NCBI GenBank assembly: GCA_964016885.1
Contig: OZ024740.1
Span: 173,538,001-173,602,000 of the forward strand
Direction: 5' to 3'
DNA: 64,000 bases
Source: Eledone cirrhosa
Lineage: Eukaryota
Each line of letters opens with the position of its first letter. Position 1 is the stretch's first letter. A program made the position numbers and the translations under genes. The notes beneath the pieces were generated by a model. That model was not told where the DNA came from. It ran no database searches and was given only the letters and a program-made list of their open reading frames with translations. This document shows, piece by piece, positions 27,847-41,259 of the stretch.

Positions 27847-28598
27847 TACTACCGGCGTTGCTCGGGATTTGCTCTAGGGTTCTTATATATTTGATATATA
27901 TTTATCCTTCTCGAGCCTCGTGAAGTTAATATGTTTGTTTATATTTTGTTGTTGTGTATGCAAAAATATATGTACACGAATATATAAATAACAGTACAGA
28001 GAAGTACGGAATACCTCAGCCTCAGGTTGGTGTCTACATTTTGTGCTTAGAAAAAAAAAAAAAAAAAAAAAAAAAAATCGTCGTACATTACCAGGGTTTT
28101 TTCCGTTCGAAGAAAATCAATACTTTATCGCGAAATAAATATTTTTGTTTATATGTGTATGCAAAAATATCTGTACATGAATATATTATTATATATATAT
28201 ATATTAAAATAACCGATTAAAGTTTAAGCAAAGAAACGCTGCTTTCACCCTTAATGGGATCTTCTGAAACTAAAATAATAAATCTGTGAACGCAGAAATA
28301 AATATTTCGAAAAACGTTACACACCATATATACACACACACACCGCGTCATAATGACGTAATGCAGACAGCCAGGCATAGAGACAGATACTATAAGGGCG
28401 CAACGTAATATCTATGTATTTATCTGAAAAGAGAAAGATCACTAAATCGCCTAATGCAGCATTGAAAATTTGAAATATTTTTTGCTCAAAACACTCACGG
28501 GATCATAAGTATTACATGTGTAATGTTTGAAAAAACTCGGTTGAGTGGTTCTCGAGTTTTAGTGATTGGACAGACAGGACAGACATTCTGTTTTAGTA

Positions 28599-28602
<4 letters not shown>
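27847..28602 (+). mobile_element. HINE/DINE-1-like (Helentron-associated) non-autonomous element
   Basis: Starts TACTACCGGCGTTGCTCGGGA; ends AAAAACTCGGTTGAGTGGTTCTCGAG...GACAGACAGGACAGACA...TTTATA, an architecture typical of such elements. Pattern recognition only. Confidence 0.55.
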
Positions 28603-28634
<32 letters not shown>

Positions 28635-28671
28635 ATAATAAAAAATGTTCGCTCTACATGGCTAAATACAT

Positions 28672-28916
28672 AAATAAAATCCGAGTTTTTCGAATATTAA
28701 TAATATTTGACTAGTTTGCAATTATGCAAACAAGCCTAATTTTTAGAACCATGTCAGTAAAATGAGCCCCTCATTCTTCCTCTTGTGTTAGCATGTAAAA
28801 GAGCAAGAATGAGGGGCTCATTCTACCGACATGGCTTTTAAAATGAGGCTTGTTTGCATAATTGCAAACAAATCGAATATTATTATTAATATTCGAAAAG
28901 CTCAGATTACATTTAT
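28672..28916. repeat. Long foldback inverted repeat (~110 bp arms), MITE-like
   Basis: TTCGAATATTAATAATA...TTTGCAATTATGCAAACAAGCC...AATGAGCCCCTCATTCTT is mirrored by AAGAATGAGGGGCTCATT...GGCTTGTTTGCATAATTGCAAA...TATTAATATTCGAA. Confidence 0.9.
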
Positions 28917-28943
28917 TATATATAAATATATATATATATAAAT

Positions 28944-29040
28944 GAGATTCTACAGGACTAGAACTGTTTCATCAGGAATCTGCTATGTATTGAGTACCTT
29001 ACTGTGGTTACCTCCGATTCAACCCGGAATAACTTACCTA
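28944..29040 (-). mobile_element. Second Penelope-like terminal fragment with a collapsed hammerhead
   Basis: Minus strand 28980-28946: GATTC-CTGATGA-AACAG-TTCTAGTC-CTGTA-GAATC; adjacent GTATTGAGTACC resembles the other PLE tail; between (TA)n tracts. Confidence 0.5.
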
Positions 29041-29042
29041 TA

Positions 29043-29073
<31 letters not shown>

Positions 29074-29105
29074 GTGTGTATGTATGTATATATATATGTA
29101 TGCTC

Positions 29106-29230
29106 CAGCTGTCGAAACGGCCGGAGCTCAGCCGTCGCGGCCCTTTTCATATCACCTACTCTACTACCCTAAGTATTGAGTATTCTGGTGCATTATGGTC
29201 CACCTGGTATCTTACCACACCCCCCTTTAT
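29106..29230 (+). mobile_element. Penelope-like terminal-repeat fragment (3' half of hammerhead plus tail)
   Basis: GTCGAAACGGCCGGAGCTCAGCCGTCGCGG...ACTCTACTACCCTAAGTATTGAGTATTCTGGTGCATTATGGTCCACCTGGTATCTTACCACA is the reverse-complement homologue of 26601-26722. Confidence 0.8.
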
Positions 29231-29248
29231 ACATATTTATATATATTA

Positions 29249-29430
29249 TTTTACTTTGGGGCGGTCATGCTACCAATAAAAACACACACACTGGTTGGTT
29301 TTCACATCATTTTATTATAAATTCCCTGTTGGTCTGTTTACTAACAGGATGGTTAGCAAAGCTCATTCATCACACATTCTGTGACCTCCTCAGTGACTAG
29401 CTTTGTTGATATTTTAAGTCTCTCCTATAT
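29249..29430 (+). repeat. Dispersed repeat shared with about 17764-17960
   Basis: TTTTACTTTGGG..GGTCATGCT.CC.ATAAAAA and TCATCACACATTCTGTGACCTCCTCA.TGACTA.CTTTGTTG occur at both loci. Confidence 0.8.
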
Positions 29431-32400
29431 TCTGTACTGCACCATCTTAATTAAAAATATAAATCAAAATGAATTCATTTTGATTTATATTTTTTAAATT
29501 ATTATGTGTCTACCTTACCTTCTGTAGTTTATAGATTCCATACACTGGTGGTTTCCCTGTTTATTGATAGCACACACACTCTCTCTCTAGTGTGTTATCC
29601 TTTCTACATATCGTATAAATATATATAGTGTGTGGACTTCACTAGCCAGATTTAATTAACAGTAGCACTAATGTAGAATGATACAAAATAAAGTTGCAAA
29701 CGGAAAATATATTTTTAAAATCTCTTAAATGCACCACCAGTTATCTCCATGTTGATCATGATTTCAAAATTAACACTGAGGTTTAAATAAAAGAAGCCAT
29801 TAAAAGCCTCAGGTTGGTGATGCAGACGATAACAGCCTATTGGAAAATGAATTTGAAAACAGTCAAAAACAATTTGACACACAGGCCTCTACAGCTAAAG
29901 ATGTATGTCTGTTAATTAACATAGACAAAACAACCCGGTATGCTGCTACACAACCTTGAATTGGAGAAGGGCACAGTCACAATGCTTCTCAGAAACAAGA
30001 TTGTGCAATGGGACACGTATGGTTATGACTGAACTACAGCCTCACATTATAGAAGCCAAATTCTTCTCTGATGTGGTGAGGGAGACATTGCATTTATACC
30101 TAGAATGCTGTTAATAGATCTCCTTTTTCATTTCAAATGATTGCAATTCCCAGTGAGAGTCAGTTACACATGGCCATTAACAAGTCCCAAGGTCAAGCGC
30201 TGTAGCTTGTCGGTATCCATCTATATACATGTAGGTTATTCCAGATTAGAAAAACCCCACAAACTCTTCATATATGCTCCAAAGAAAAAGGTTAAAAATG
30301 TTTTATAATTTTTATAGAATACATTTTTCTATTATTTTCTTTCTTTATTACATATCGCCTTCTTTTCCGAAAATGGAAGCGGGTAGGGGGGGGGGGGGGG
30401 GGGGGCGATTTCAAATGCTATATGGATATATTTGTCCTTTATACATTATATATATAAGCAGACATGGTTTATGTGATTAAAACATTTTCTTTGCAATCAT
30501 GAGTTTCTGAATTTGATCCCACTGTGTGATACCTTGAGCGAATGTCTTCTACTGTAGCCTTTAGATGACCAATACTTTGTGAATGAAATTGGTAAATGGA
30601 AGCCTGGTATATATGTATTTGTTTATGCATGTGTTTTCACTTTGCAATGGTGCCACTTAACATTTATGTCTCAAAGTTCAGCAGTTCAATGTGTGAAGAT
30701 AAGTACTATATGTAAAATAAAAAAAAAAATACAATGGTTGGTATCATAGAATACTATGCTAACATGGTAGACATAAAAATGATGATACATCATCATCAAG
30801 AATATATACTTATAACACTAAGTATATAAGTACATATTTGTCTTTGTAAGGTATAAGAATTATAATATAAATACCACAAAACATTTTATCCAACACTCTA
30901 ACTCCACCAGTATGCTATCAGAATAAACAGGCACAGAGCACTATATACAATTTACCACTGCATTGAGGATGTGCTGTATGGTGCTCAACTAGGCAGAGGC
31001 AGGCATGGTGCCTACTCAATCACATGTGTGCTATGACTGCTTAATGAAAGTTGATCTGGGGCTACACAGCAACAGCTTCATCTAGCTGCACTCCAAGCCA
31101 TATCCTGATGTCTTCTCTCTTCCACTCATATTATTATTATAATGGCACATTGTAGTAATGAGCTTTCTTCACCTAACCCCACACAGTTCAACCCTTTTAG
31201 GTCATGTCCAGCCACCAAACATTTTTTCTCACTGGATCAACATCCTTCTTGCTCACTCACGTTTCTTTCAATTTTATTCTTTTCAGGTGTTTTTGATCCA
31301 CTGCAAGATGAAGCTTCAGTATACAATTGCTAACTTATATAAACGGATTGTAGTTGTAGGCCTACCAATTGTGTATTGGATGGGGGTGCTCATCTGATTG
31401 GGTCATTAGCCTTGGCTACCTATACCTTGATGAGATTTGTACTAATAATGCAATAAGCTTGTTCAATGTTGTAACAATTCTACCAATCCACCACCTTGAT
31501 CTGGTACTTTATTTATCAACCCCACAAAAGATGAATATCAACATTGATTATGTCCGAATTTTGAACTTAGAATGTAAAAGAACCATATCAAATGCTGCTC
31601 TAATGACAACAACTATAAATTTGTCTACTTTTAATTACTGATCAACAATGCAAATTAAGCATCAACTACAACAATCTCATCCAGCAAGAGCTAAAATTAG
31701 TTGAATAACCAGGATGTCAACATGCTGGTTCAAAGCTCAAAGATCCATATTTATTATTCAATGGCTCTCAGCTGTGTCAATGACATCTACTCCCCCAATC
31801 CATCTAGCTGTAGATAAACATCATATGCAGATAAAAGTTCACTGCAGTAAATAGAACATTTACTTGATTGGTATAAGAAAATGTTATAACATTTGATCCA
31901 ATAATACATATATATTTTCTAAGGCTAACAGTTTTAGTATTAATCATTGTTGATTAGCCCTATGATTAAAGCCATTTCATTAGTGACTATTTATTTAATG
32001 TATTATCCTCTTTTTAAGATGATTTAAGGGAGATTTGATTGCTATTTCTAACAAACTAAATGGCTACATAGAAGCTCCTTCCTCAGCTTCTTTGCCATAT
32101 ATGGATGAAAAATGCATGTTCACCTGGATGTCATGTTAATTTATTGCAAATTTGAAACTGAGAATCAGCTCTGATTGATGTAAATTTAAGACCTAAGCTT
32201 CTCTTATTTATTCTCTGAATTGTTACATAAATATTCTCATACTTCTGTACTAATTTGGCATCACTAACAATTGATGCACTCAGTGCACATGTCTTAATTT
32301 ACAGAAGTCTCAGTAGTGTAAACAATCACAGCATACATAAAATGTTTAAACATTAAGTTCTAATGCTTCTACTTATTCACCCACATAGCTAATTGAAATA

Positions 32401-32957
32401 ATTCCATTCTTACTTCCTTGTGAATTTCTAAATTTATTGGCAGATACTGTCACTGATAAAGATATTTAAAACAATATGAAATCTTTGCAATCTATATTAG
32501 AGATAGTTTTTCCTGGTGTTATCATGATTGCATAATGCCGATGTTAATACACATCCACCAATATCCTTGATAGCACTTTCCTTATAATTTAAAAATAACC
32601 CACACGTGAATGAAGCTGAAGAAGCAAAATTTGTTCTTGTGATATGAAAGGATGAGTATATTCATTGAATTTAATCTGGGTCAGATACCAAAAAAAGAAT
32701 AACAAGCATGTTATTTATCTAAATTATCATTGAAAAAAAATACTTACATAAGATTTTTCCATAAAGCGAAATGGAGGGTCCTGTTTTTATTTTCTATACT
32801 TCAACAGAAAAAAATTTTATTTTATTTTAAATGATTTATAGGCAAAAGGGAAGGGGGAGGAATTGAAAATGATTTTAATATTAGAATTTCATAGCGTTAA
32901 TTCATTTGGAAGCCATATTTGATATTTATATCACTTAATATTACTGATGTATATTTT

Positions 32958-33130
32958 AAAATAATTGTTTCTACTTTTGGCACAAGGCCAGTAATTATCC
33001 CAGTCCATTACTGGTGCTTTATTTTATTGACCCTGTAAGGATGAAAGGCAAAGTTAACCTCGGCGGGATTTGAATTCAGATTGTAAAGGGACGTAACTCG
33101 ATGCAGCAAAGCATCGCATCTGACCCCGTA
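32958..33130 (-). mobile_element. tRNA-derived SINE family 2
   Basis: Reverse complement of the 63753 copy. Confidence 0.85.
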
Positions 33131-33755
33131 ATGCAAAGTCTTTATGATGTTTAAGACTGAAGAACTGACCACTAATTGATTTTACATGTCTTTAACCCAT
33201 TGATATCAAAAGTTATTTGGCCAGTAGCTCGTGTATATATATATATGCGTGCGTATGTGTGTCCATGTATGTATGCATGCATGAATGAATGAATACAGTA
33301 AGCTAGACAATGAGCGATTCTAACTGTTAGCACTATCATTAGTGATCACCAACATATTACTACATCATGAAAAGCGGACAGGAGGTAAGAGTAATATATA
33401 TAATATAAGTCACCATAAAAGTCCAGAGGATGGTAAAGGAGATATATTTTGGTTTCTATTAATTCCCTAGGGAATTGTTTGATTAAATGCCTTGTTTATT
33501 TGTTTGTTTATTTAAAAAAAAATGTTATTCTTTCTTTTAGACTTATTTTTAAAGCAGTGGCCTCCTTGGAGCCCACTCACCAATCTGGCCAGTCTGCCAC
33601 TGGACCTCAGTATTGGACGGGTACTGTATTTATAGACCTCAAAAGGATGAAAGAAAAAATTGACTATGGCAGGATTTAAACTCAGAGTGCAGATTCAGAA
33701 GGAATACTGCAAAGCAATCTATTTGAAGTTCTAAAGACTGTCTTTGTTTAGTATA

Positions 33756-34028
33756 CAGAGGTTCTCAAACTTTTTGGGCCACGTAATATTCTCAGTGCCT
33801 CCCACCCTTATTTCCAGAGAGACCTGTCTACACATAAATTGCAAATAATATATAATAAATAAAATTGTTAATTGATATATAAGTGATATAATATATACTA
33901 TGTATAAATATTGTATATTTTTTTATTTTACTATATTTATATATATGTATCATTTGATATTTAATATACTATTATATCATCTCTACTGTTTCCACAGCAG
34001 GCGGTAGCGCCCACTTTGAGAAACTCTG
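33756..34028. mobile_element. hAT (Charlie/Buster-like) MITE
   Basis: TIRs CAGAGGTTCTCAAA / TTTGAGAAACTCTG; flanks GTTTAGTA(TA) and GTCTAGTA resemble an 8-bp TSD. Confidence 0.7.
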
Positions 34029-34165
34029 GTCTAGTATACATAATCCAGTCAAAGATTTGCACAATTTTTTTTAACTGTATTATTTCTTTTTAAATACATC
34101 ATAAAATCTATAAAAAATTCTGATCAAATTCAGGCTTTAGAAAAAGATCTGATCTATGTATAACT

Positions 34166-34315
34166 AAAATAATTGTTTCTTTTGGCACAAGGCCAGCAAT
34201 TACCCAATACATTACTGGTACTTTATTTTATCGACCCCGTAAGGATGAAAGGCAAAGTTAATCTCAGAATGGCAAGGGCCGTAACTCAATGCGTCAAAGC
34301 ATCGCGTCCGACCTG
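34166..34315 (-). mobile_element. tRNA-derived SINE family 2, internally deleted
   Basis: Same core as the 32958 and 63753 copies. Confidence 0.8.
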
Positions 34316-34499
34316 CCGTTGTCATATTCAAGTCTGACCTTGACCTTGGGAATGATTTTGTATTTTTACTGCTATTCATAAGACAAGTACATATAACTCA
34401 GCTAAGAACAACAATGTTGAAAGATCTTTCACATTGTGTACATTGAAATCTTGTTAAAACATAAAAAAAAATTGTTTATATCATCCATAAATTTGATTT

Positions 34500-34760
34500 G
34501 CTGGCAGTAGTGCTCATGCCATAAAATGCAACCAGTATACTCTATAAGTGGTAGTATTAGTGTCACAATAACATGTACCTAGTGCACTCTCTAAAGTGGT
34601 AGTGCTGTTGCTACAATAAAATTCAACCAGTACACTCTGTAAAATGGTTGGTGCGCAGAAGGATATCCAGCCGTAGAAACCATGTTAAAAATGGAACATA
34701 TGAGTAAGATTGGTTCTCTGACTTGTCTAATCTCAAACTGTGAAAACCCATTTTATCTCT
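34500..34760 (+). mobile_element. Old RTE-tail/SINE-related repeat with about three degenerate ~45-bp units
   Basis: Repeated (CCAGTACACTCTGTAAAGTGG)-like units followed by GAAGGATATCCAGCCGTAGAAAC. Confidence 0.55.
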
Positions 34761-35007
34761 ACATGCATGTTTTAGTATATTTGCAACATTTTCTCTCATT
34801 ATACCATTAATTATTAGCAGCAAGTCAACCCTTATCAAGCAAATCTATGACGAAAGACATTCTTCTTTTTAAGTGAAAGTGTCTTGCCATTTTATACAAC
34901 AGATGTTGCATTGAGGGAAATTTGGCTGTTTTCTAGCTGGCCAAGCGACAACAGTGACTTCCTTGTTGGCTTGTATTAACATCGAGTAGTTTAGTGCAAT
35001 TTTCGTC

Positions 35008-35195
35008 CACTTATTCCTGAGGTCGTAGGAGCAGAGTCCTCAAAAAACTCCTTCCAGCGGGTCCTGTCAAAAGCAACTGTCTCCAACTGATCCGGCTGGA
35101 TTTCCAAACATGACCAACCATCTTGCTAGTTGGTTTTGTCCGTAAAATCTGTCCAGCAATTCTTTCCCAGAGATTTTCTAACCACATGCCCATTC
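35008..35195 (-). mobile_element. Old RTE 3' coding fragment (a further family); related pieces at about 36975-37150 (-) and 17398-17462 (+)
   Basis: ERIAGQILR.KPT-like translation shared among the loci, resembling the RTE C-terminal region after WYGHV. Confidence 0.55.
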
Positions 35196-35284
35196 AAACA
35201 TTTTATGTTAATAGCCCATACTAAAGTGTTCATGTTTAAATAAAAATCTCATGAACGACGAGATTCCAGTTGGTAGACACCAAC

Positions 35285-35322
<38 letters not shown>

Positions 35323-37459
35323 TTAAAGATAATGTATTAAACCTCCTACAAAATTTTGACTTGTATTGAAACACATTGGTAGTCTACTCATTAGAAATTT
35401 AGCCACAAACGGATTTTACCCTTTCATTACCATATATTCAATGAAAAACACTGTACCTGAATCAATTACTGAAATTATTAACTATTCTATTAAGATATTT
35501 GCAACATAACCTTTTTAAAACAAGTGGTTTTGTTTCACAGAACCAGTGGCAGGTTAGTATCAAAAGGATAAATTATAAAGTGTCAACTGCTCCCAAGTGA
35601 AGCAATAGAAGACACAGACATGTTTACATTACTCTTGCAAACCTCATACAGCCAGGTGAAGTTTTAGCAGTTAACCATTTTACACTGGTCTATTGGACCA
35701 TGAGCACAGTATGTCAGGCACTGGCTATATAAACAGTAACTCAAAGCTGCTACATTTGTGTTTCTTCTTTTCTCAGCAACTCAGCCATAGCAGTCTATCC
35801 AGTGTTTCTTCAACCAGAACGCTACTATAACAGTACTCACTCTTGCTTCTGTCAGTCTCAATATAAGATGCATTATAAGCAAATGTAATGTATCTTATTT
35901 CTATCTCACTATGTTGAATTTCCTTTCTTTTAACCTCAGTAGCATTTTCCTTTTACACTACATGCAAAATAAAAAATTATTTATACTACTTAAACCTGTA
36001 TGAATTGCTGTATTGTTTAAAACAATGAGAAACTTTTAACCTACATTGTATTAGACCTCTTCCAGGCCAAGTAGCATATTGTTCCAGTGGTATATAGAAA
36101 ATAAGCACGTATATAAATTTATATACTCTCACATCCTACTTTCTACACTACTTAAGAATTTGACTTATATGCAAAAATGACGGTGGTAGATAAAAGTTTG
36201 GATAATTATTTTAAGCTTTTCTGGCATTATATATTATTTATATAACACAACAGACTTTTTCAATAAGAGGAATCCTCTATCAGAATTAACATTCCCAGAA
36301 AATGATACATCCATTCCTAACAGCAAGGCAATCAGAATCCTATAGAATCAAGTATCTATAAGATATGTATAGTACGTGCCTTAGGAAATTTTTTGTTGCT
36401 AGTGCCATATTCCAGATTGAATTGGTAGATATTTCTACCATTAAAGAACTTGTGACTATTCAGCAGAATTGGACTACACAATGAACCATTCCATCCATAA
36501 GCTAATGATGGCAAAAAAAAAAAAAAAAAAAAAAAAAAAATGAGTAGATTGATCTATAACATTTCTCAATTGATTAGCTTTACATGCAATGACATTACAA
36601 TCAAGTCGATTCACTCACTCAAGGATTACATAGCCATAAGTGAGACACCATTTTTGTCAGATGAACCAACTTACAATGATGTATTTAATAGTTTCATCAG
36701 CTATTACATGTTACATCTTCATCAATAGGTTGCATGCACAACTTTTCACTGAGACAACTTACAGCCACAGCAGCTTTTACAAGTTAATGGCATGATAATG
36801 TCAAAACATGTTTAAAACTTCTCTATAGAATAGTTTTTGCAGATGACTAAATATCAATAGATGGAGGTCACTAACACATTGCATTCTGCATTATATAAAG
36901 ATTTTGATTCACATTCTTTCACCCATTTATTCCTGAGAGAGAGAGAGAGGGGGGGGGGGGGGGGGGGGGCAATCCTCAAACACTCCTTCCAGCAGCAACA
37001 CTCTCCAATTGAGCCAACTGGATCCCCAAATGAAACCAGCTGAGCTCATGGATGTTATTCAACCATCTTGCTCGGGGTCTACTGCCAGTTGATTTTGCCC
37101 ATAAAATCTGTCCAGCAATTCTTTCCCCGAGACATTCTAACCTCATGCCTGTAACATCAGATCTGTGATCTCTCAATTGAGAGAAGGAACTGATATTGCT
37201 AATCAATAATAAATACAAACAATATCGTTTGTGTTAACTTCATGTTATATTTTGGAACACTATTTTGAGGTTTACTCTTTATTCATCAACACCTCAAAGT
37301 GTGTGAGAGAATGAGGGAAATAACATCAACCTCATAACTTAACAGATTCTTTATTTAACATTAGGATGATGAAAGGCAAAACTGAACTTGGAGGAATTTC
37401 AACTTAAGAGTGCAGAGAGCCAGAACAAATGCTGCAAGGTAATCTATCCAATGCTTTAA

Positions 37460-37665
37460 CCCTTTAGTATTTAAACTGGCCGTATCCAGCCAGAATTCTC
37501 TCATCCCTTTCTGTTCAAACCGGCCACAACCAGCCACTCATACTGATGTTAAGGTATTATTCTCAAAATAGATAATATCAAAACCTCAAATTCAATATTG
37601 TGTGAGGCAAAGCCTTTACCATGAATATACAATAGTAAATATAGAGTAATGTAAATGCTAAAGGG
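37460..37665. mobile_element. piggyBac-derived MITE
   Basis: TTAA|CCCTTTAGTATTTA ... TAAATGCTAAAGGG|TTAA. Confidence 0.85.
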
Positions 37666-38387
37666 TTAATGATTCTAATTCACTGCCTTGGAAAGGATTT
37701 AAATATTCTTTATTCTTGGAATAGGTTATTTCACAGCTGGCTACTCTCTTTGAACAAGTACAGACAAATGGAAAATTTGTTTCCAAAATGTGGAAAAAAT
37801 GAGAAAAAAAAAAAAAAAAAAAAAGAATTCTCACCAAGGAAGTGATTATCTGCTTTGTACTGAACAATTTTTATCAGAAAAAGAAAGATTTAAAAAAAAA
37901 ACTATGAATATCAGGTTTGATAAGTAATTTGCTTGATTAGAATTTAAAAACAAAAATATAACATCAAAACTAGCAAAGACATTTAATTGTTAATGACTCA
38001 GGCCATTTTAAAAAGCAACAGAGTCCAATGTTTCAGAGAAGCATTTAGCAATGCTGATATAAAACTCCACTCAAGTACCAAAAAACTACCCCAATATACT
38101 TTTCCTTGCATAAAGAAAAATAAAGTGTTTTTCACCCATCAGCCAAAAGAAATAATGTAGTTTCACCCTACAGCAGTCTAAACTTACATATAGGTTGATT
38201 CCTAAATTTTCAAAACATGTGCAATTAACTCTTAAAATTTGTATCACATGAAACTGCATTAGCAAGACATTCTTGAAAACGAGTCTTTAGTTTACTGCAT
38301 ATTTTCGCAAGTAATATAGTACAAACGTTTGAATTAACAAAACCTGTTTTAAAATCATTACAGGATATTAGATAAACATACATTCTT

Positions 38388-38602
38388 TAACCATTTTGTT
38401 ACCATATTTCTAATAAAAGTCAATGCCTATAGTTTTGAAAATATTCAAGAATTTGGTAAGATTTAGTAAGCTGGTGTTTCAAATAAAGTGTTCTTAAATG
38501 AAATTATGATGGAATCTTTTTAAATAAACATAAATTTTAAAACAGTTTTTGTATCATAGAACCAGAGATTATTTCAGACAGGTTGGTATCAAAGGGATTA
38601 AG
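38388..38602. mobile_element. Degenerate TTAA-flanked MITE; related copies at about 10012-10240, 35416-35572 and 55205-55422
   Basis: TTAACC.TTT.GTTACCATATTTCT start and GGTATCAAA.GG.TTAA-like end recur at these loci. Confidence 0.6.
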
Positions 38603-41224
38603 AAACTTTAAATTTTACCAATAGATACAATAGTTGTTGACACAGACTGTCACTAATCTTCTTGGGTTTTGATTTTTACTACATATATAGATTGTTAACT
38701 AATTGCAATCACAAATAATTAAAATATTAATTAACAATTTAATGAAAATAAAGTCAAAACCTTTTTTTATATTTAAGTATTTTTTATGTCCTGTATCCTT
38801 TATATTCTAATAAGGCAATATTAAACAACATTTTTAACATGCACCATGAAGTAGCTGTATCTTAAACAAGAGTGAACTGGCCCTCAGTGTAGCTAGTAAT
38901 TTCTTTTCCATGCAGACTAATCACAGCTCAAGTTTCATTGCCACTACTAGTTCAATGATAAATATACAAATTTATGGAAGACAATGGCAAAATCATTCCT
39001 TACAACTTCACTATATAAATTTAGATCAGGGATTCAAACTTTCAGCCCATCCTCCCTCACTCACTGTTTTATAAGCACCAATTATTGTAAATTTTTTAAA
39101 GAAAAAAGAAAAGATCAAATTGTTATGCTTGTTGAGAAACCGATTGCTTCTAGACTAACTTTGATAGGTTTCGGCCAGTATTGGCCAAGGCCATGTCTAA
39201 CTGAATAGCACCACCTGGACTTATTTTGACTAAGTTCGAAAAATGAAGGCAAGAACTGGACTTAATATATGCTGCAATATGTGCAAGAGACCTGTATCAG
39301 TGATTGAATAAGGAAAACAAACTAAATCAAAATGCCAATAATTTGGAGGAAACCGACAAATTATCAGCAGTCGCTGTTTCTTCTGACCTAGAATGGATTA
39401 TGGAAAATAGAAGTTCCCTCCCACATAGCAGAGACAACCTCTTATTTACAGCAGCCTTTCTGACAGCTTCCATAGTAGGTTAACCCCTCCTTACATCTTG
39501 CAGAAATGTGGCCTCTGAACAGTAGATAAAGTGAATAAAAATCCTAACAGTATAGAGAAATAATTCCAACTTTATCACATAGAAAGTGAGCTCTGCCAGC
39601 TGAAAAACGTAACATTTATGAGAACAGGAAAACTGAATAAAAGTTGATACAGGATGGAGGAAAGATTTAGAGTGTCCCTTCTCATTGATATATCCATTAT
39701 TCCCAGCAGCCACTAAGCCACTTCTTAGACAAAATGCCTTCCTACACAATGGATAGAGATGTCTAGGAGAGCAGTAACTAAGTGAAAATCAACACTGACC
39801 ACCTTTCAAGTGAAAGTGACAAAATAATACATGACCATGCTGAAAAATAGTTGATAATAAAGCAGTAAAAAAACATGCAAAAAATAAATACATACATAAA
39901 ATAAACAGAGATTGGTGGCTTTCATTTTTTGTGTGCTAAATGAAGAAAGCGTAATAAATGACAGCATGGGAAAATTGATGTAAAATATAAATTTTATAAA
40001 ATGTTCGTGCATAGCTAATTTGTAAGAGTATATTTTCCATGGAAGGTAAACAATATATTGAATTAAAAATATTCAATTACATGCAAAAGCAAATATTTGT
40101 TTACATAATTGGATTTAAAAAAAGCTTGGCATTATACTAGAAAGACATATTGTGTGGCAATTGGGGATAAATAAGTGAAGCGCAACATAGAAGAATGAGA
40201 GTTTATTTTAATAGACTGTCCAATAACTGGCTACAAGAGCAGAAGTCAACGGTTATCTGCCTCACATATACAAATTGGTTTCATATCTTACTTTACATTT
40301 CAAATTTAAAAAGTACATCTTTTAAATTAATTTTTAAAATGTCCAATATATTAGCTATTTGATTCAGCGTATTTGCTTTCATCGAAAAAAAGACTTCAAA
40401 AATTGGAAAAAAAAAAGAAAAAAAAAAAAAACAAACTTTATATTTTTCTACAAATTAAACAAAAAAATCTGTAGAGAAATTTAAAAAAAATAAATAAAAT
40501 AGGCATTACTAGATCAGCTAAAGTTTTCAACATTCAGTTTATTTCAAGGTGTCAATACTAGTAATGCCTCAGCTGTAGATTGAAACTTTTGTCTGCATTA
40601 AGAAACACAGGAAGGAGAGGAAGGAAATAAAAAAGGAACCGCAAAGAGCTACAGATAGGAGAGGAAAATCAAACAATAATATATATGTGTATCTATAATA
40701 TAAAGGAAATCTAATGAAATAATTTTAGTTTTTATTCATGTAAACGTCAATTGTATGGACCTTAACTCCTCTCACCTTTAAGAAAGAAAAATCTAATTTA
40801 GAATGAATATATATGTAGTATGTGTATGCAAGTGTGTGTGTGTGTGTAAGTTTTTTTTTAATGATCTATAGATAGAATGATAAATGTTAAAAGTTAAGGG
40901 TAGTTGAAAGGAGTGGATGAATAATGGTTTGAGAGAAAGTGATATAAGTCTCTGGAGTTGAAATGTAGTGCTGTGGACACTCACTAAAACAAAGATCAAA
41001 GAGTTTGTATAGGAGTTTGCCACAGGCAGCTACCTTAGAGGATGGTTGGGGAGTGATCAGCAAGAGAGAGAGAGAGAGAGAGAGATAGAGAAAGAGAGAG
41101 AAAGAGAGAGAGAGAAAAAGATTGGTTAGAATAATTGTAGTAATAATTTGGTGTTGGCAGGAGGCGGTGGCTGCTGCTAAGGTACACGCTGACTGGATGC
41201 TGCTGGATGTCAAAGTTGAAGCTT

Positions 41225-41259
41225 TCAGTCAAGAGGATTGCAGATTGGGAAAAGGGGAG
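41225..41259 (-). other. Start of putative terminal (3' UTR) exon of the PP2A A gene; coding only if the 36-nt exon is skipped
   Basis: Strong acceptor TACTTTCTTTTCCAG at 41260; downstream sequence is UTR-like with candidate AATAAA signals (for example plus-strand TTTATT at 40731 and 40202). Confidence 0.5.
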
